DNA of 64,000 bases from Candidatus Delongbacteria bacterium (lineage in GTDB: Bacteria; CAIWAD01), in contig OY760505.1 of NCBI GenBank assembly GCA_963663545.1, positions 2,112,001 to 2,176,000 on the forward strand. Direction: 5' to 3'. Below, piece after piece: positions 41,675-50,395 of the stretch. Position numbers and translations under genes: made by a program. Within the stretch, counting starts at the first letter, position 1. Each line of letters opens with the position of its first letter. Under the pieces are notes generated by a model. The model worked only from the letters and a program-made list of their open reading frames with translations, searched no databases and was not told where the DNA came from.

Positions 41675-42708
41675 TCGTCGATTTGAACGCGGCGCAGACG
41701 TGCGGCGGCGGCTTCCGGCGGAACCTGGTTGATGTAGAACCCGGTGCCCCATTCAAAGCCGGCCACTTCGGTCAACCGCGGCAGGATCTCCACGTGCCAG
41801 TGCCAGTCGTATTGAAGAGTATCCCAGTAATTCGCGCGACGCCGTCCGTGCGAGGAATTGGGCGCCGTGTGGAATACGAAGTTGAAAGGAGGATCGTTGA
41901 GTTCGATACGCAGCTTCTTGAGCACAATGTGCATCGTGCGAGCAAGCTCGCGCACCATGTCATCGCTGGCCAGCGCGAAATCGTGATGATGACGTCGCGG
42001 CAGAACCATTACCTCATAAGGGAAGCGGGACGCGTAAGGACAAATGGCGATGAAGTGCTCGCCCAGATGTACTACACGTTCGCCCGATTCCATCTCCTGC
42101 GCGATGATGTCGCAGAAGAGGCAGCGTTCCTTCACCTGGAAGTGCTCGCGCGCGCTCTGCAGCTCCTGGGCCACTGTCTGCGGAGTAATGGGCGTTGCGA
42201 TGATCTGTGTATGCGGGTGGGCGATGCTTGCACCGGCCCGTGATCCGTAGTTCTTGAAAATGAGCACATAGCGCAGTCGCGGATCGCGCATCAGATCCTG
42301 CAGGCGGCTGCGGTAGGCCATGAAGATGAGATCCATCTGCTGCGGGCTCATCTCGGCCATGTGGCGAATGTGACGCGGCGTTTCAATAAGCACTTCGTGT
42401 GCGCCGATGCCGTTCATGGCATCGTACATGCCCCGCCCCTCGCGCTGGGCGGCGCCTTCGACCTGCAGGGCGGGATACTTGTTGGGCACAACGCGCAATT
42501 CCCATCCCGGACCGTTGGCGGGGCTGCCCTGTGGGCGCACCGCGTAAATCTCGTGGGGCGTTGTGTGCTCCATGCCGTGGCAGAAGGGGCAAGCCGGATT
42601 GCTGGGGAATTCGAGCTCACCGTGGTACTGCATCGCCCGGGCACCACGTTCGACAGCGACAATTACCCAGCGGCGTTGAATCGGATCATGACGGAGTTCG
42701 GGCATCAT
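41671..42708 (-). CDS. galT: GalT-family hexose-1-phosphate nucleotidyltransferase
   Basis: CPFC, VVPNKYPAL, GAHEVLIETP, GASIAHPHTQ, WHWHVEILPR, AGFEWGTG. Confidence 0.9.
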   Translation of the reverse strand: MMPELRHDPIQRRWVIVAVERGARAMQYHGELEFPSNPACPFCHGMEHTTPHEIYAVRPQGSPANGPGWELRVVPNKYPALQVEGAAQREGRGMYDAMNGIGAHEVLIETPRHIRHMAEMSPQQMDLIFMAYRSRLQDLMRDPRLRYVLIFKNYGSRAGASIAHPHTQIIATPITPQTVAQELQSAREHFQVKERCLFCDIIAQEMESGERVVHLGEHFIAICPYASRFPYEVMVLPRRHHHDFALASDDMVRELARTMHIVLKKLRIELNDPPFNFVFHTAPNSSHGRRRANYWDTLQYDWHWHVEILPRLTEVAGFEWGTGFYINQVPPEAAAARLRRVQIDE

Positions 42709-43037
42709 CAGCTCCTGGACTTGCCGCGTTTTGCGGTTGGCGCGCTGGGTTTCTTTGCGGTGGCCTTAGGCTTGGCCGCAGCGGAGGTCTTCGCTTTTGC
42801 CGTTGTGGTGGCGCGGGGCTTGGTTGCAGCAGCGGTTGCAGGCTCGGGCGTCTCACCCAGGCAATCGGCTCGCCAGCTACATCCCATCTGATCGCAGTGG
42901 CCGTCTACGGCGGTTCCGAAGCAGTCCCAGTTGCCTTCCGAGCGCTGGATCAACTGAATCAGTTCACCCTTTTTCGCGGCGCGCGGAATCTTGATGCCGT
43001 GGTTCTTGGCCAGGGTACGAACGTCATTCATTTTCAT
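42708..43037 (-). CDS. Small SAP/Rho-N-like protein with a 4-Cys motif and Lys/Ala-rich tail
   Basis: KGELIQLIQRSEGNWDCF...CDQMGCSWRADC; AKPKATAKK tail; AGGAG RBS. Confidence 0.75.
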   Translation of the reverse strand: MKMNDVRTLAKNHGIKIPRAAKKGELIQLIQRSEGNWDCFGTAVDGHCDQMGCSWRADCLGETPEPATAAATKPRATTTAKAKTSAAAKPKATAKKPSAPTAKRGKSRS

Positions 43038-43164
43038 GACTGTTCTCCTAGAAAAGGCTCATGGTTGCGGCCAAGGTAGCAATTCGATCCAATCGCACCA
43101 GCCTCAGCGAATTGTATCTACGCGCCCTGCATTTTAGATTCAGGCATCCAAGCTGGAGAACGAT

Positions 43165-43500
43165 ATGAAGATTACTAGTACGCTCCAGGGCGACGTACTC
43201 CTGGTCAAGGTGCAAGGCAACCTGTTGGGTGGTCCCGACGCCGACACCTTCTACAACATGATCAAGGAGCATCTGGACCAGGGAGTGCGGAAGTTTGTCG
43301 TCGACATGGGTGGCGTCAAGCTGATGAATTCCTCGGGTCTGGGGATTCTGATCAAGTCGCTCAAGCCCGTGAAGGAAGCCGACGGCGATCTGGTGCTGGC
43401 TTCGGTGACGGAGAAAATCAATTCTCTGTTCATGATCACCAAGCTCTATCAGGTGTTCCGCAGCTTCGACAGCGTCGAAGAGGCGTTTGCCGCTTTTTAA
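43165..43500 (+). CDS. STAS anti-sigma-factor antagonist (RsbV/SpoIIAA-like)
   Basis: VVDMGGVKLMNSSGLGIL with the phosphoacceptor Ser. Confidence 0.92.
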   Translation: MKITSTLQGDVLLVKVQGNLLGGPDADTFYNMIKEHLDQGVRKFVVDMGGVKLMNSSGLGILIKSLKPVKEADGDLVLASVTEKINSLFMITKLYQVFRSFDSVEEAFAAF

Positions 43501-43524
43501 TCCTGATGTCCAGCCATTCCGGAA

Positions 43525-44952
43525 GTGACGATGCCTTCCCTTCCTAATGAGGTTGGTCGTGATATTACCCGGGGGCTGGACTGTCTGAGGCAGCTGCTTC
43601 AACAGCCCGCAGCATCGGGAATGACCAGCGAACAGCGTGCGCAACTGGAAGCCTGCGTACAGGCCCTCGAGGCTTGTCGCGGGCTTAGCGTCGATGTAGC
43701 ACGCAGCGAGCGCGAACGCCGCGAGAACCAACTGCTGCGCGAGATTACACTGCGACTGGGGCCGGAACTTACCGTCGAGCGTTTGTCTCACCTGATCATG
43801 GATACTTTGGTCGAGCTGATTCCCTACGACGCAGCTGGCCTCTATTTCCTCGACGACAGGCAGCAGACTTTTTGGGAAACGCTGCGCGGCTACGCCACCG
43901 ACCGCCTGCACCTGGTGAAGCGCAAGCTCGATCGCGGAATCATGCGCTGGATGCTGGAGAACAGGAAGCCGGTAATCGTGCCGGATGTATCACAGCATCC
44001 TTTGTATTACAACGCACGCGAACAGACTCGCAGTGAGCTTGTTGTTCCGATCATGATTGCGGATCGCCTGATTGGCGTCTTCAATCTAGAATCGGATGAG
44101 CTGGATAATTTCAACGAGCAGGACTTGATCCTGCTTACGGTGTTTGCCAATCAAGTGGCCAATGTCACTGAGCAGGTGCTACTGCGAGCCGACAGCAGCC
44201 GTCAGCGTCACATTGAAAAAGACCTGCGCATCGCGGGATCCATTCAACGCTCACTGCTGCCTGGAACTCCGCTGCAATTGCCGGGCTTGCACGTTTCCGG
44301 CATGAACATTTCTTCGCAGGAAATCGGCGGCGACTACTACGACCATTTCGAGATTACCGACAACGATATCGGCCTGGTGATCGCTGATGTGGCTGGCAAG
44401 GGTGTGCCCGCCAGCCTGATTATGGCCAGTTTTCGCACAGGCATTCGTCTGCTGTCGCAGCATCGCACCGAGATCACCGATATCATGGGCTACCTCAACA
44501 ATTACCTCTACGAGTTAACAGAGCCCGAGACTTTCGTGACTTCGTGTTACGGCGTTTACAACCGCAAAGAGGCAACCTTCAGTTATGTCAACGCGGGGCA
44601 CAACCCGCCCATGCACTTCCACGCGGCGACCGGCAAGGTGGATCTGCTCAGCGAAGGCGGCCTGTTGATGGGTAGTTTTCCCGATATGCCTTACGACATG
44701 GGACTGCTGCATCTGGATGTCGGCGATGTGATACTCTTTTACACCGATGGCCTGGATGAGGCGCTTTCGCCCGATGAAGTACAGTTTGGGACAGAAGGTG
44801 TGCGCGCCTGCCTTTCGGAGCACGGCCACGAGAATCCGCAGCAACTGCTTGACGCGATCATGGACGCATTGCGAGAGCATACCCAGCAACCCACTCGTCG
44901 CAAACGATTTCTTGACGATCTGACCTTGATGGTTCTGCAGCGCCAGGCCTAG
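43525..44952 (+). CDS. GAF + PP2C (SpoIIE/RsbU) phosphatase
   Basis: GAF (SELVVPI..LIGVFNLES); IGGDYYD, ADVAGKG, NAGHNPP, FYTDGL, DDLT. Confidence 0.93.
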   Translation: MTMPSLPNEVGRDITRGLDCLRQLLQQPAASGMTSEQRAQLEACVQALEACRGLSVDVARSERERRENQLLREITLRLGPELTVERLSHLIMDTLVELIPYDAAGLYFLDDRQQTFWETLRGYATDRLHLVKRKLDRGIMRWMLENRKPVIVPDVSQHPLYYNAREQTRSELVVPIMIADRLIGVFNLESDELDNFNEQDLILLTVFANQVANVTEQVLLRADSSRQRHIEKDLRIAGSIQRSLLPGTPLQLPGLHVSGMNISSQEIGGDYYDHFEITDNDIGLVIADVAGKGVPASLIMASFRTGIRLLSQHRTEITDIMGYLNNYLYELTEPETFVTSCYGVYNRKEATFSYVNAGHNPPMHFHAATGKVDLLSEGGLLMGSFPDMPYDMGLLHLDVGDVILFYTDGLDEALSPDEVQFGTEGVRACLSEHGHENPQQLLDAIMDALREHTQQPTRRKRFLDDLTLMVLQRQA

Positions 44953-45055
44953 GAATAGAGATGCTCTGTCTACGTGATTTGCCTGAATCAATGGTTGTGA
45001 TACAAAGTGAAAGCGCAGAGCAGACGCGGCGTTTGCGCGTCCGCCAGGAGACCTC

Positions 45056-45547
45056 ATGAGTATTGCCATCGTTCCCGGAACCTTCGATCCGCTGACCAAT
45101 GGCCACCTCGATATCATTCGCCGGGCGGCCCATCTTTTTGATGAAGTGATTGTGCTTCTGGCAGTGAATGCTGGCAAAACGCCGATTTTTAAACTTGCTC
45201 AGCGACGTGAACTCGTGGAAGCGTGTATCACGGGGATGCCCCGCGTATGCGTTGACACACACGACGGCCTGTTGGTAGAGTACGCACAGCGTGTCGGCGC
45301 TGCTGCTCTTGTACGCGGTCTGCGTGCCATCAGCGATTTTGAAAATGAGTTTCAGATGGCCAGCGTCAACCGGCGTCTGGCTCCCGACATCGAGACGGTG
45401 TTTCTGACTCCGACGCACGAGTGGACGTATTTGAATGCCAGTCTGGTGCGTGAACTGTGGCGCTTTGGTGGCGACTTCAGCGCTTTTGTACCGGAACCTG
45501 TGCTGGCGGCAATGCAGAAGCTCAAAGAGGCATCTACCCGCTCGTGA
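45056..45547 (+). CDS. coaD: Phosphopantetheine adenylyltransferase
   Basis: PGTFDPLTNGHLDII, RGLRAISDFENE. Confidence 0.96.
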   Translation: MSIAIVPGTFDPLTNGHLDIIRRAAHLFDEVIVLLAVNAGKTPIFKLAQRRELVEACITGMPRVCVDTHDGLLVEYAQRVGAAALVRGLRAISDFENEFQMASVNRRLAPDIETVFLTPTHEWTYLNASLVRELWRFGGDFSAFVPEPVLAAMQKLKEASTRS

Positions 45548-45581
45548 TACACGGGCGTTTTGTAATACACAAGGAAGTCCC

Positions 45582-46553
45582 ATGAATATTCTAGAACAGA
45601 TCCAAGACCGGGCGCGCCTTCTGAAGCGCCATATCATTCTGGCCGAAGGCACAGACCCGCGCATGGTCGAGGCAGCGCGCGAGCTCAAGGAGAAGGATGT
45701 CTGCGAGATCACGCTCATCGGCAACCGTGCCGAGGTCGAGCGTCTTGCCGCTGCGCAAGGACTTAGCCTGAAAGCGCGCGAGATCGTCGATCCTGCGCAG
45801 TCCGAGTGGCTGGATGGTTTCGCCAACGAGTTCTTCCAGATGCGCAAAGCCAAAGGCATGACCTACGAGAAGGCCCGCGAGCTGTTGCAGAACGAGCTCT
45901 ATTTCTCGGCCTTTATGGTGCGCAGCGCTAAGGCCCATGGCAGTGTGGGCGGCGCTGTCAACACCACCGGCGATGTGATACGCGCTGGTTTGCACGTGTT
46001 AGGCATGGCCAAAGGAATGAAGGTCGTCTCCTCGTCCTTTCTGATGGTGCTGGCTGATGGTCGCAACCTTAGCATGGGCGATTGCGCCATCGTGCCGGAT
46101 CCCAACCCCGAGCAGCTGGCCTCCATCGCCATCGCTTCCGCCCGTACCCACGAGGCCCTCACGGGCGAGCAACCGCGCGTTGCGATGCTCAGCTTCTCGA
46201 CCATGGGAAGTGCTCATCACCCGGCTGTGCAGAAGGTGCGCGATGCCCTGGCCGTCGTCAAGGAACTGGAGCCGGATCTGGCCGTGGACGGCGAGCTGCA
46301 GCTCGATGCTGCCATCGTTCCCGCCATTGGTTCCAAGAAGGCGCCGGGCAGCAAGATTGCCGGCAATGCCAACGTGCTGATTTTCCCGGATCTCAACGCG
46401 GGGAACATCGGCTACAAGCTCACAGAGCGCTTGGGTGGTGCTCAGGCCATCGGCCCGACGGTGCAGGGATTGGCTGCGCCGTACATGGACCTTTCCCGCG
46501 GCTGCAAGGCCAGCGACATCGTTAACGTGGCGGCAATCGCTGCGCTGATGTAA
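45582..46553 (+). CDS. pta: Phosphate acetyltransferase
   Basis: AEGTDPR, VAMLSFST, DGELQLDAA, FPDLNAGNIGYK, DLSRGC. Confidence 0.95.
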   Translation: MNILEQIQDRARLLKRHIILAEGTDPRMVEAARELKEKDVCEITLIGNRAEVERLAAAQGLSLKAREIVDPAQSEWLDGFANEFFQMRKAKGMTYEKARELLQNELYFSAFMVRSAKAHGSVGGAVNTTGDVIRAGLHVLGMAKGMKVVSSSFLMVLADGRNLSMGDCAIVPDPNPEQLASIAIASARTHEALTGEQPRVAMLSFSTMGSAHHPAVQKVRDALAVVKELEPDLAVDGELQLDAAIVPAIGSKKAPGSKIAGNANVLIFPDLNAGNIGYKLTERLGGAQAIGPTVQGLAAPYMDLSRGCKASDIVNVAAIAALM

Positions 46554-46580
46554 GGGCCAAGCACGCATATTCGCACATCG

Positions 46581-46611
46581 ACAGGCTCCGTCTTGCGGCG
46601 GGGCCTGTTTT
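46581..46611 (+). terminator. Intrinsic terminator after pta
   Basis: ACAGGCTCCG...CGGGGCCTGTTTT. Confidence 0.6.
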
Positions 46612-46756
46612 GCTTTTCGCGCTGTCGCGTGAGCCAGTGCCCGCTCTAGCAGAAGCGTGTCTTCTGTTGTCAAAGTTAAGACAGCCAAAGAAAGATGCTC
46701 CTAGAAAACATTTGTGTGCTATCCTGAATGCGATTCGCAAGCAGGAGGACAAGAGG

Positions 46757-49012
46757 ATGACTAGCAGATGGACTTCGTTTTTGATCGTGATGTTCATAGC
46801 TCTTCCGGCGATGGCGGTGGAGTGGGACAATTCGTTCAATCTCCCCGGTGTGGACGGACAAGTCAACGCCATCGTAGAAACGGATCAGGGGCTTGTGGTG
46901 GCAGGCAAATTTGCATCGGTTGCCGGTGTAAAGGCCTACAACGTTGCCATGTATCACGCAGGAAGCTGGCAGTCGCTGGATGAGGGCCTTGGATTTGGCA
47001 CAACCATCTACGATCTGGCTGTGGACGATCAGGGGCACCTCTTCGCCTGTGGCACAATTCAGATTGGCAGCGAGTACTCGCTGGTTGCGCGGCTGGGAGA
47101 AAGCGGCTGGGAGGATTTGGGCCTCGACTTCGACGATTGGCGACGTGCGTCTGTGCTCGCCTGGGACGAGGACGGCTTGTGGATTGGTGGCAATTTCCGC
47201 GAAGTGAATGGAATGGCGGCTACCGGCCTCGCACTCTGGAATGACGGAGCGGTGAGAGTGCCGGTTACGTTGGTCAACGAGGACTTTGCGCCTTTTATTA
47301 GCGACTTGTTGCCTACATCGAGCGGGATGGTGGTTGCTGGTAGTTTTGACGGCACCAGTGAATTCAATGCAAGCGGGTTGCTGCGCTATCAGGATGGCAC
47401 ATGGGAGGGAGTAAACACCGATCCCATCGACGGAAGTATCACGACACTAACGGAGTACTTCGGCTTTCTAATGGTTGGCGGGTATTTCACACAGATTGGT
47501 GGCGTATCACAGCAGGGATTTGCCATTTACACAGGCAGTTCCTGGACAACGCCGTGTATCACGGCAGATACCTATGTCAGCGCAATGGCAGTATCCGGCA
47601 GCGAGATCTGGGTGGTCGGGGACAGCGAGCACCCGCTGTGTCACTGGAACGGTGCCAGCTGGGAGGTGCTGCCTGTGCAAGGAGGATATCCGGTTGTGCG
47701 CGCTTTGCTGACTATGGACAATGGCGAAGTGGCGATCGGCGGTAGCTTTATTGGTTTGGGTGATACGCCGGCGGCGAGCCTTGCGCACGCCAGCGCAAGT
47801 GGAGTTATGTCATACGCTATGCCGGGCCTCAATAAAGGGCTGCAGGCTTCCGGCGTTTCCAGCTCTCCTCAGTATGTGACACATCTGCTGGCCAACAATG
47901 GTCAAGTAGTGATGGAGGCCAATGTCAACGGTGCCGATGGCAAGGCGCTCGGGCGAGTTCCCTTGTGGCAAGACGGCAACTGGAGCGCGCTCAGCAGTGA
48001 GTCGATCGTGGACGCGGTTACCATGAATGACCAGTACATCGTGATTGCTGATATCAACGGTGTGTCACGAATGGACCGTGATACAGGTACATGGGCTCAG
48101 CTTGGAGGTCAGAATGAAATTTCGGGTGTGATTACCGATTTGATGTTCTGGGGCGATAGACTTATGGCCACTGGCTACTTCACACTGACCGACGAGAACG
48201 GCACGGAAAACGCACTGGTATGGTGGGATGACAATGAATCCCGCTGGCGTGGTACGGGCACAGGCGAAATCAGTGTGCAGATTACATCCATGGTTGACGC
48301 AGAGGACAGACTCTATGTCGCTGGGGCTTTCACAGTGATCGGCAACGTCTTTGCCGCCGGGTTAGCCTCCTGGGATGGCGAAAGCTGGTCTGGGGCGATT
48401 CGCGATGGGGAAGCAAATGCCAGTGCCATGCTCTGGAAAGAGGGCGAACTCTATGTGGCTTCCACTGGATTTACCGCTTCCGATGGAGGGCGCCTGGACC
48501 GGATGTCCCCGGGCGGGCAATGGACGCAGTTGCTCAGTTTGGACCAAGGTTCCATCCGTTGCATGGTTGACGATGGCGAGGGCGGCATATATCTCGGCGG
48601 TAATTTCCAGGATTTGAGTGGCAGTGGGGCTAACAACCTGGCGCACTGGTCACCGGAAGGAGTGAGCCCGATTGGCAATGCCGACGGTGAGGTGATGACC
48701 ATGGACCTGGACGGTCGCACACTCTACCTGGGGGGCAGTTTTCGCATGCTGGAGGATGTTCCCTCTTACGGGTTCGGTATCTGCACGCTGGAAGACCGCA
48801 GCCCGGTACGAAACGTGGCCATCAGGTACACGCAGCAGGGGCTTCAGCTCAGCTGGGATCGTGGCGCAGACACTCGCTGGCGCGTGTATCACATGAATTC
48901 GCCCTACGCCGAAGACGGTGTACTACTTGCAGAAGTCATTCAGCCCTTGTGGAATACACCGCGCGAAGTACTTCGCCAGACAGGTTGGTTTCGTGTTACA
49001 GCGATCCGCTAG
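46757..49012 (+). CDS. Secreted repeat beta-propeller protein (Rax2-like repeats) with C-terminal FN3-like domain
   Basis: Signal peptide; repeated LxxGGxF...A.W.G..W units. Confidence 0.7.
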   Translation: MTSRWTSFLIVMFIALPAMAVEWDNSFNLPGVDGQVNAIVETDQGLVVAGKFASVAGVKAYNVAMYHAGSWQSLDEGLGFGTTIYDLAVDDQGHLFACGTIQIGSEYSLVARLGESGWEDLGLDFDDWRRASVLAWDEDGLWIGGNFREVNGMAATGLALWNDGAVRVPVTLVNEDFAPFISDLLPTSSGMVVAGSFDGTSEFNASGLLRYQDGTWEGVNTDPIDGSITTLTEYFGFLMVGGYFTQIGGVSQQGFAIYTGSSWTTPCITADTYVSAMAVSGSEIWVVGDSEHPLCHWNGASWEVLPVQGGYPVVRALLTMDNGEVAIGGSFIGLGDTPAASLAHASASGVMSYAMPGLNKGLQASGVSSSPQYVTHLLANNGQVVMEANVNGADGKALGRVPLWQDGNWSALSSESIVDAVTMNDQYIVIADINGVSRMDRDTGTWAQLGGQNEISGVITDLMFWGDRLMATGYFTLTDENGTENALVWWDDNESRWRGTGTGEISVQITSMVDAEDRLYVAGAFTVIGNVFAAGLASWDGESWSGAIRDGEANASAMLWKEGELYVASTGFTASDGGRLDRMSPGGQWTQLLSLDQGSIRCMVDDGEGGIYLGGNFQDLSGSGANNLAHWSPEGVSPIGNADGEVMTMDLDGRTLYLGGSFRMLEDVPSYGFGICTLEDRSPVRNVAIRYTQQGLQLSWDRGADTRWRVYHMNSPYAEDGVLLAEVIQPLWNTPREVLRQTGWFRVTAIR

Positions 49013-49013
49013 T

Positions 49014-49057
49014 TGTGATACAAAGAAGCCGGCATTTGCCGGCTTCTTTGTATCACA
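49014..49057. terminator. Bidirectional terminator hairpin whose outer stem is the GTGATACA repeat
   Basis: Perfect 21-bp inverted repeat TGTGATACAAAGAAGCCGGCA-TT-TGCCGGCTTCTTTGTATCACA. Confidence 0.85.
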
Positions 49058-49072
49058 TGTTGTTTATCTCGA

Positions 49073-49204
49073 CTACAAGATGCAGGCAAACAGAATCAAC
49101 AGGAGCAGAAAGAGCGGGCTGGAGAACCAGATGTCCACAGGCATTCCAAGAACTCTTTTCCTCTGGAAGATGCGTGCACGACTACGCAGAGATAGCGTTC
49201 GCAT
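49073..49204 (-). CDS. 43-aa small membrane protein (not in the ORF track)
   Basis: MRTLSLRSRARIFQRKRVLGMPVDIWFSSPLFLLLLILFACIL*; CAGGAG RBS, sigma54 promoter upstream, terminator downstream. Confidence 0.65.
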   Translation of the reverse strand: MRTLSLRSRARIFQRKRVLGMPVDIWFSSPLFLLLLILFACIL

Positions 49205-49274
49205 AATTGACTCCTGTCGAGATTCATGTCGGTCTTAGGGCTTGGGGTCCGCTAGACGCGGTCGTTGAGCGAAA

Positions 49275-49290
49275 TGCAAGAGCCGTGCCA
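49275..49290 (-). promoter_or_regulatory. sigma54 promoter
   Basis: Minus strand TGGCACGGCTCTTGCA, matching TGGCAC-N5-TTGCW. Confidence 0.8.
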
Positions 49291-49449
49291 TTGAGCCGGA
49301 TTTTGGCTCATTGTAATACACGCGTTGATTTTGTTGAGATTAGGGGTGCTATAAATGGCACCGTAATCAATTCCAAACACAGCGGGTGATCAAAATAGAG
49401 CAGGCCTGTTCAGGATCTGGTCAGTTCGATGCTGTGTGTTCGGAGCCTC

Positions 49450-50271
49450 TCAGGCAGCCGATTCCGGAAGATGCCCAAGACGGCGAAGTCGATTGTATTC
49501 ACGCAACAGAGAGGGCAAGTTGCGCCGAATCCACTCTTCGGCTTGATGATGTGCAGGAAAGGCGGCTTCGCGAAGGCGAAACTCGGCATGGTGGAACACC
49601 GCACGTGTTCCCGCCGCACGTGAGCCAAGAGCCGCGTGTAGCAACTCATGATGCAGCACATCATTCAGTACGAATTCGGGAACACGAGGTAGGCGGCAGA
49701 CGGCGTGCAGCCCGACGCTGTTATCGGCGGGGCGGTATCTGCCCAGGATTCGACGGCTGCTGCTGTGATACCAATGGACACTGGGCAAGGCAGACGTGGC
49801 CAGCTCCGGGATCCAGCCTTCGATAATGTGTCGCGCACGAGCGGCGAGCATTGGATCACTTTGTATCACGCGCGCAATCGGGGTCAGGTCAAGGCTCAGA
49901 CCTTGATAGACGGCAAGGTGTTCCTGCGGTGGCCTGAGGCCACGGGCGCGATGCAGTAGCACAATTCCCAGGCTTAGGGCGCCCGCGGGATTTCCAGAAA
50001 TCAACTGTGCTGCAAAAGAGAACGACCAGCCCTTGTCCGTAAGGCGCACACTGCCCAGGGTGTTTCTGTTGTTGCGCGCCCTGGCCAGAACGAGTTGTGC
50101 TTTCCGCGGACCCTTGACCCGTCCCTTGACCGCGATCCGGTTCTCCTCGGCCTGAAGTTGTGCCACAATCTCATCAAGACAAACAGGGGCTTTCTGCCGG
50201 GCAATGGGCAAAAAGTCGGGCGAAGACAAGGGCAGACGAAGCTGCAACTCTGACGACGTCTCTCTGATCAT
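49450..50271 (-). CDS. SprT-like/M48-like zinc metalloprotease
   Basis: LGRY...VPEFVLNDVLHHELLH...HHAEFR; start estimated. Confidence 0.7.
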   Translation of the reverse strand: MIRETSSELQLRLPLSSPDFLPIARQKAPVCLDEIVAQLQAEENRIAVKGRVKGPRKAQLVLARARNNRNTLGSVRLTDKGWSFSFAAQLISGNPAGALSLGIVLLHRARGLRPPQEHLAVYQGLSLDLTPIARVIQSDPMLAARARHIIEGWIPELATSALPSVHWYHSSSRRILGRYRPADNSVGLHAVCRLPRVPEFVLNDVLHHELLHAALGSRAAGTRAVFHHAEFRLREAAFPAHHQAEEWIRRNLPSLLREYNRLRRLGHLPESAA

Positions 50272-50395
50272 GGTGCCAAGGTAGCACCTGTGTATCACGT
50301 GAATCAACGCTTCGCACGGGAAGACACGGCTTTGCTAACTTGCTGTCAACAAACTTTGTCAGGATTAGCAGGTGAACCCTGCCCAAGGAGAAATC

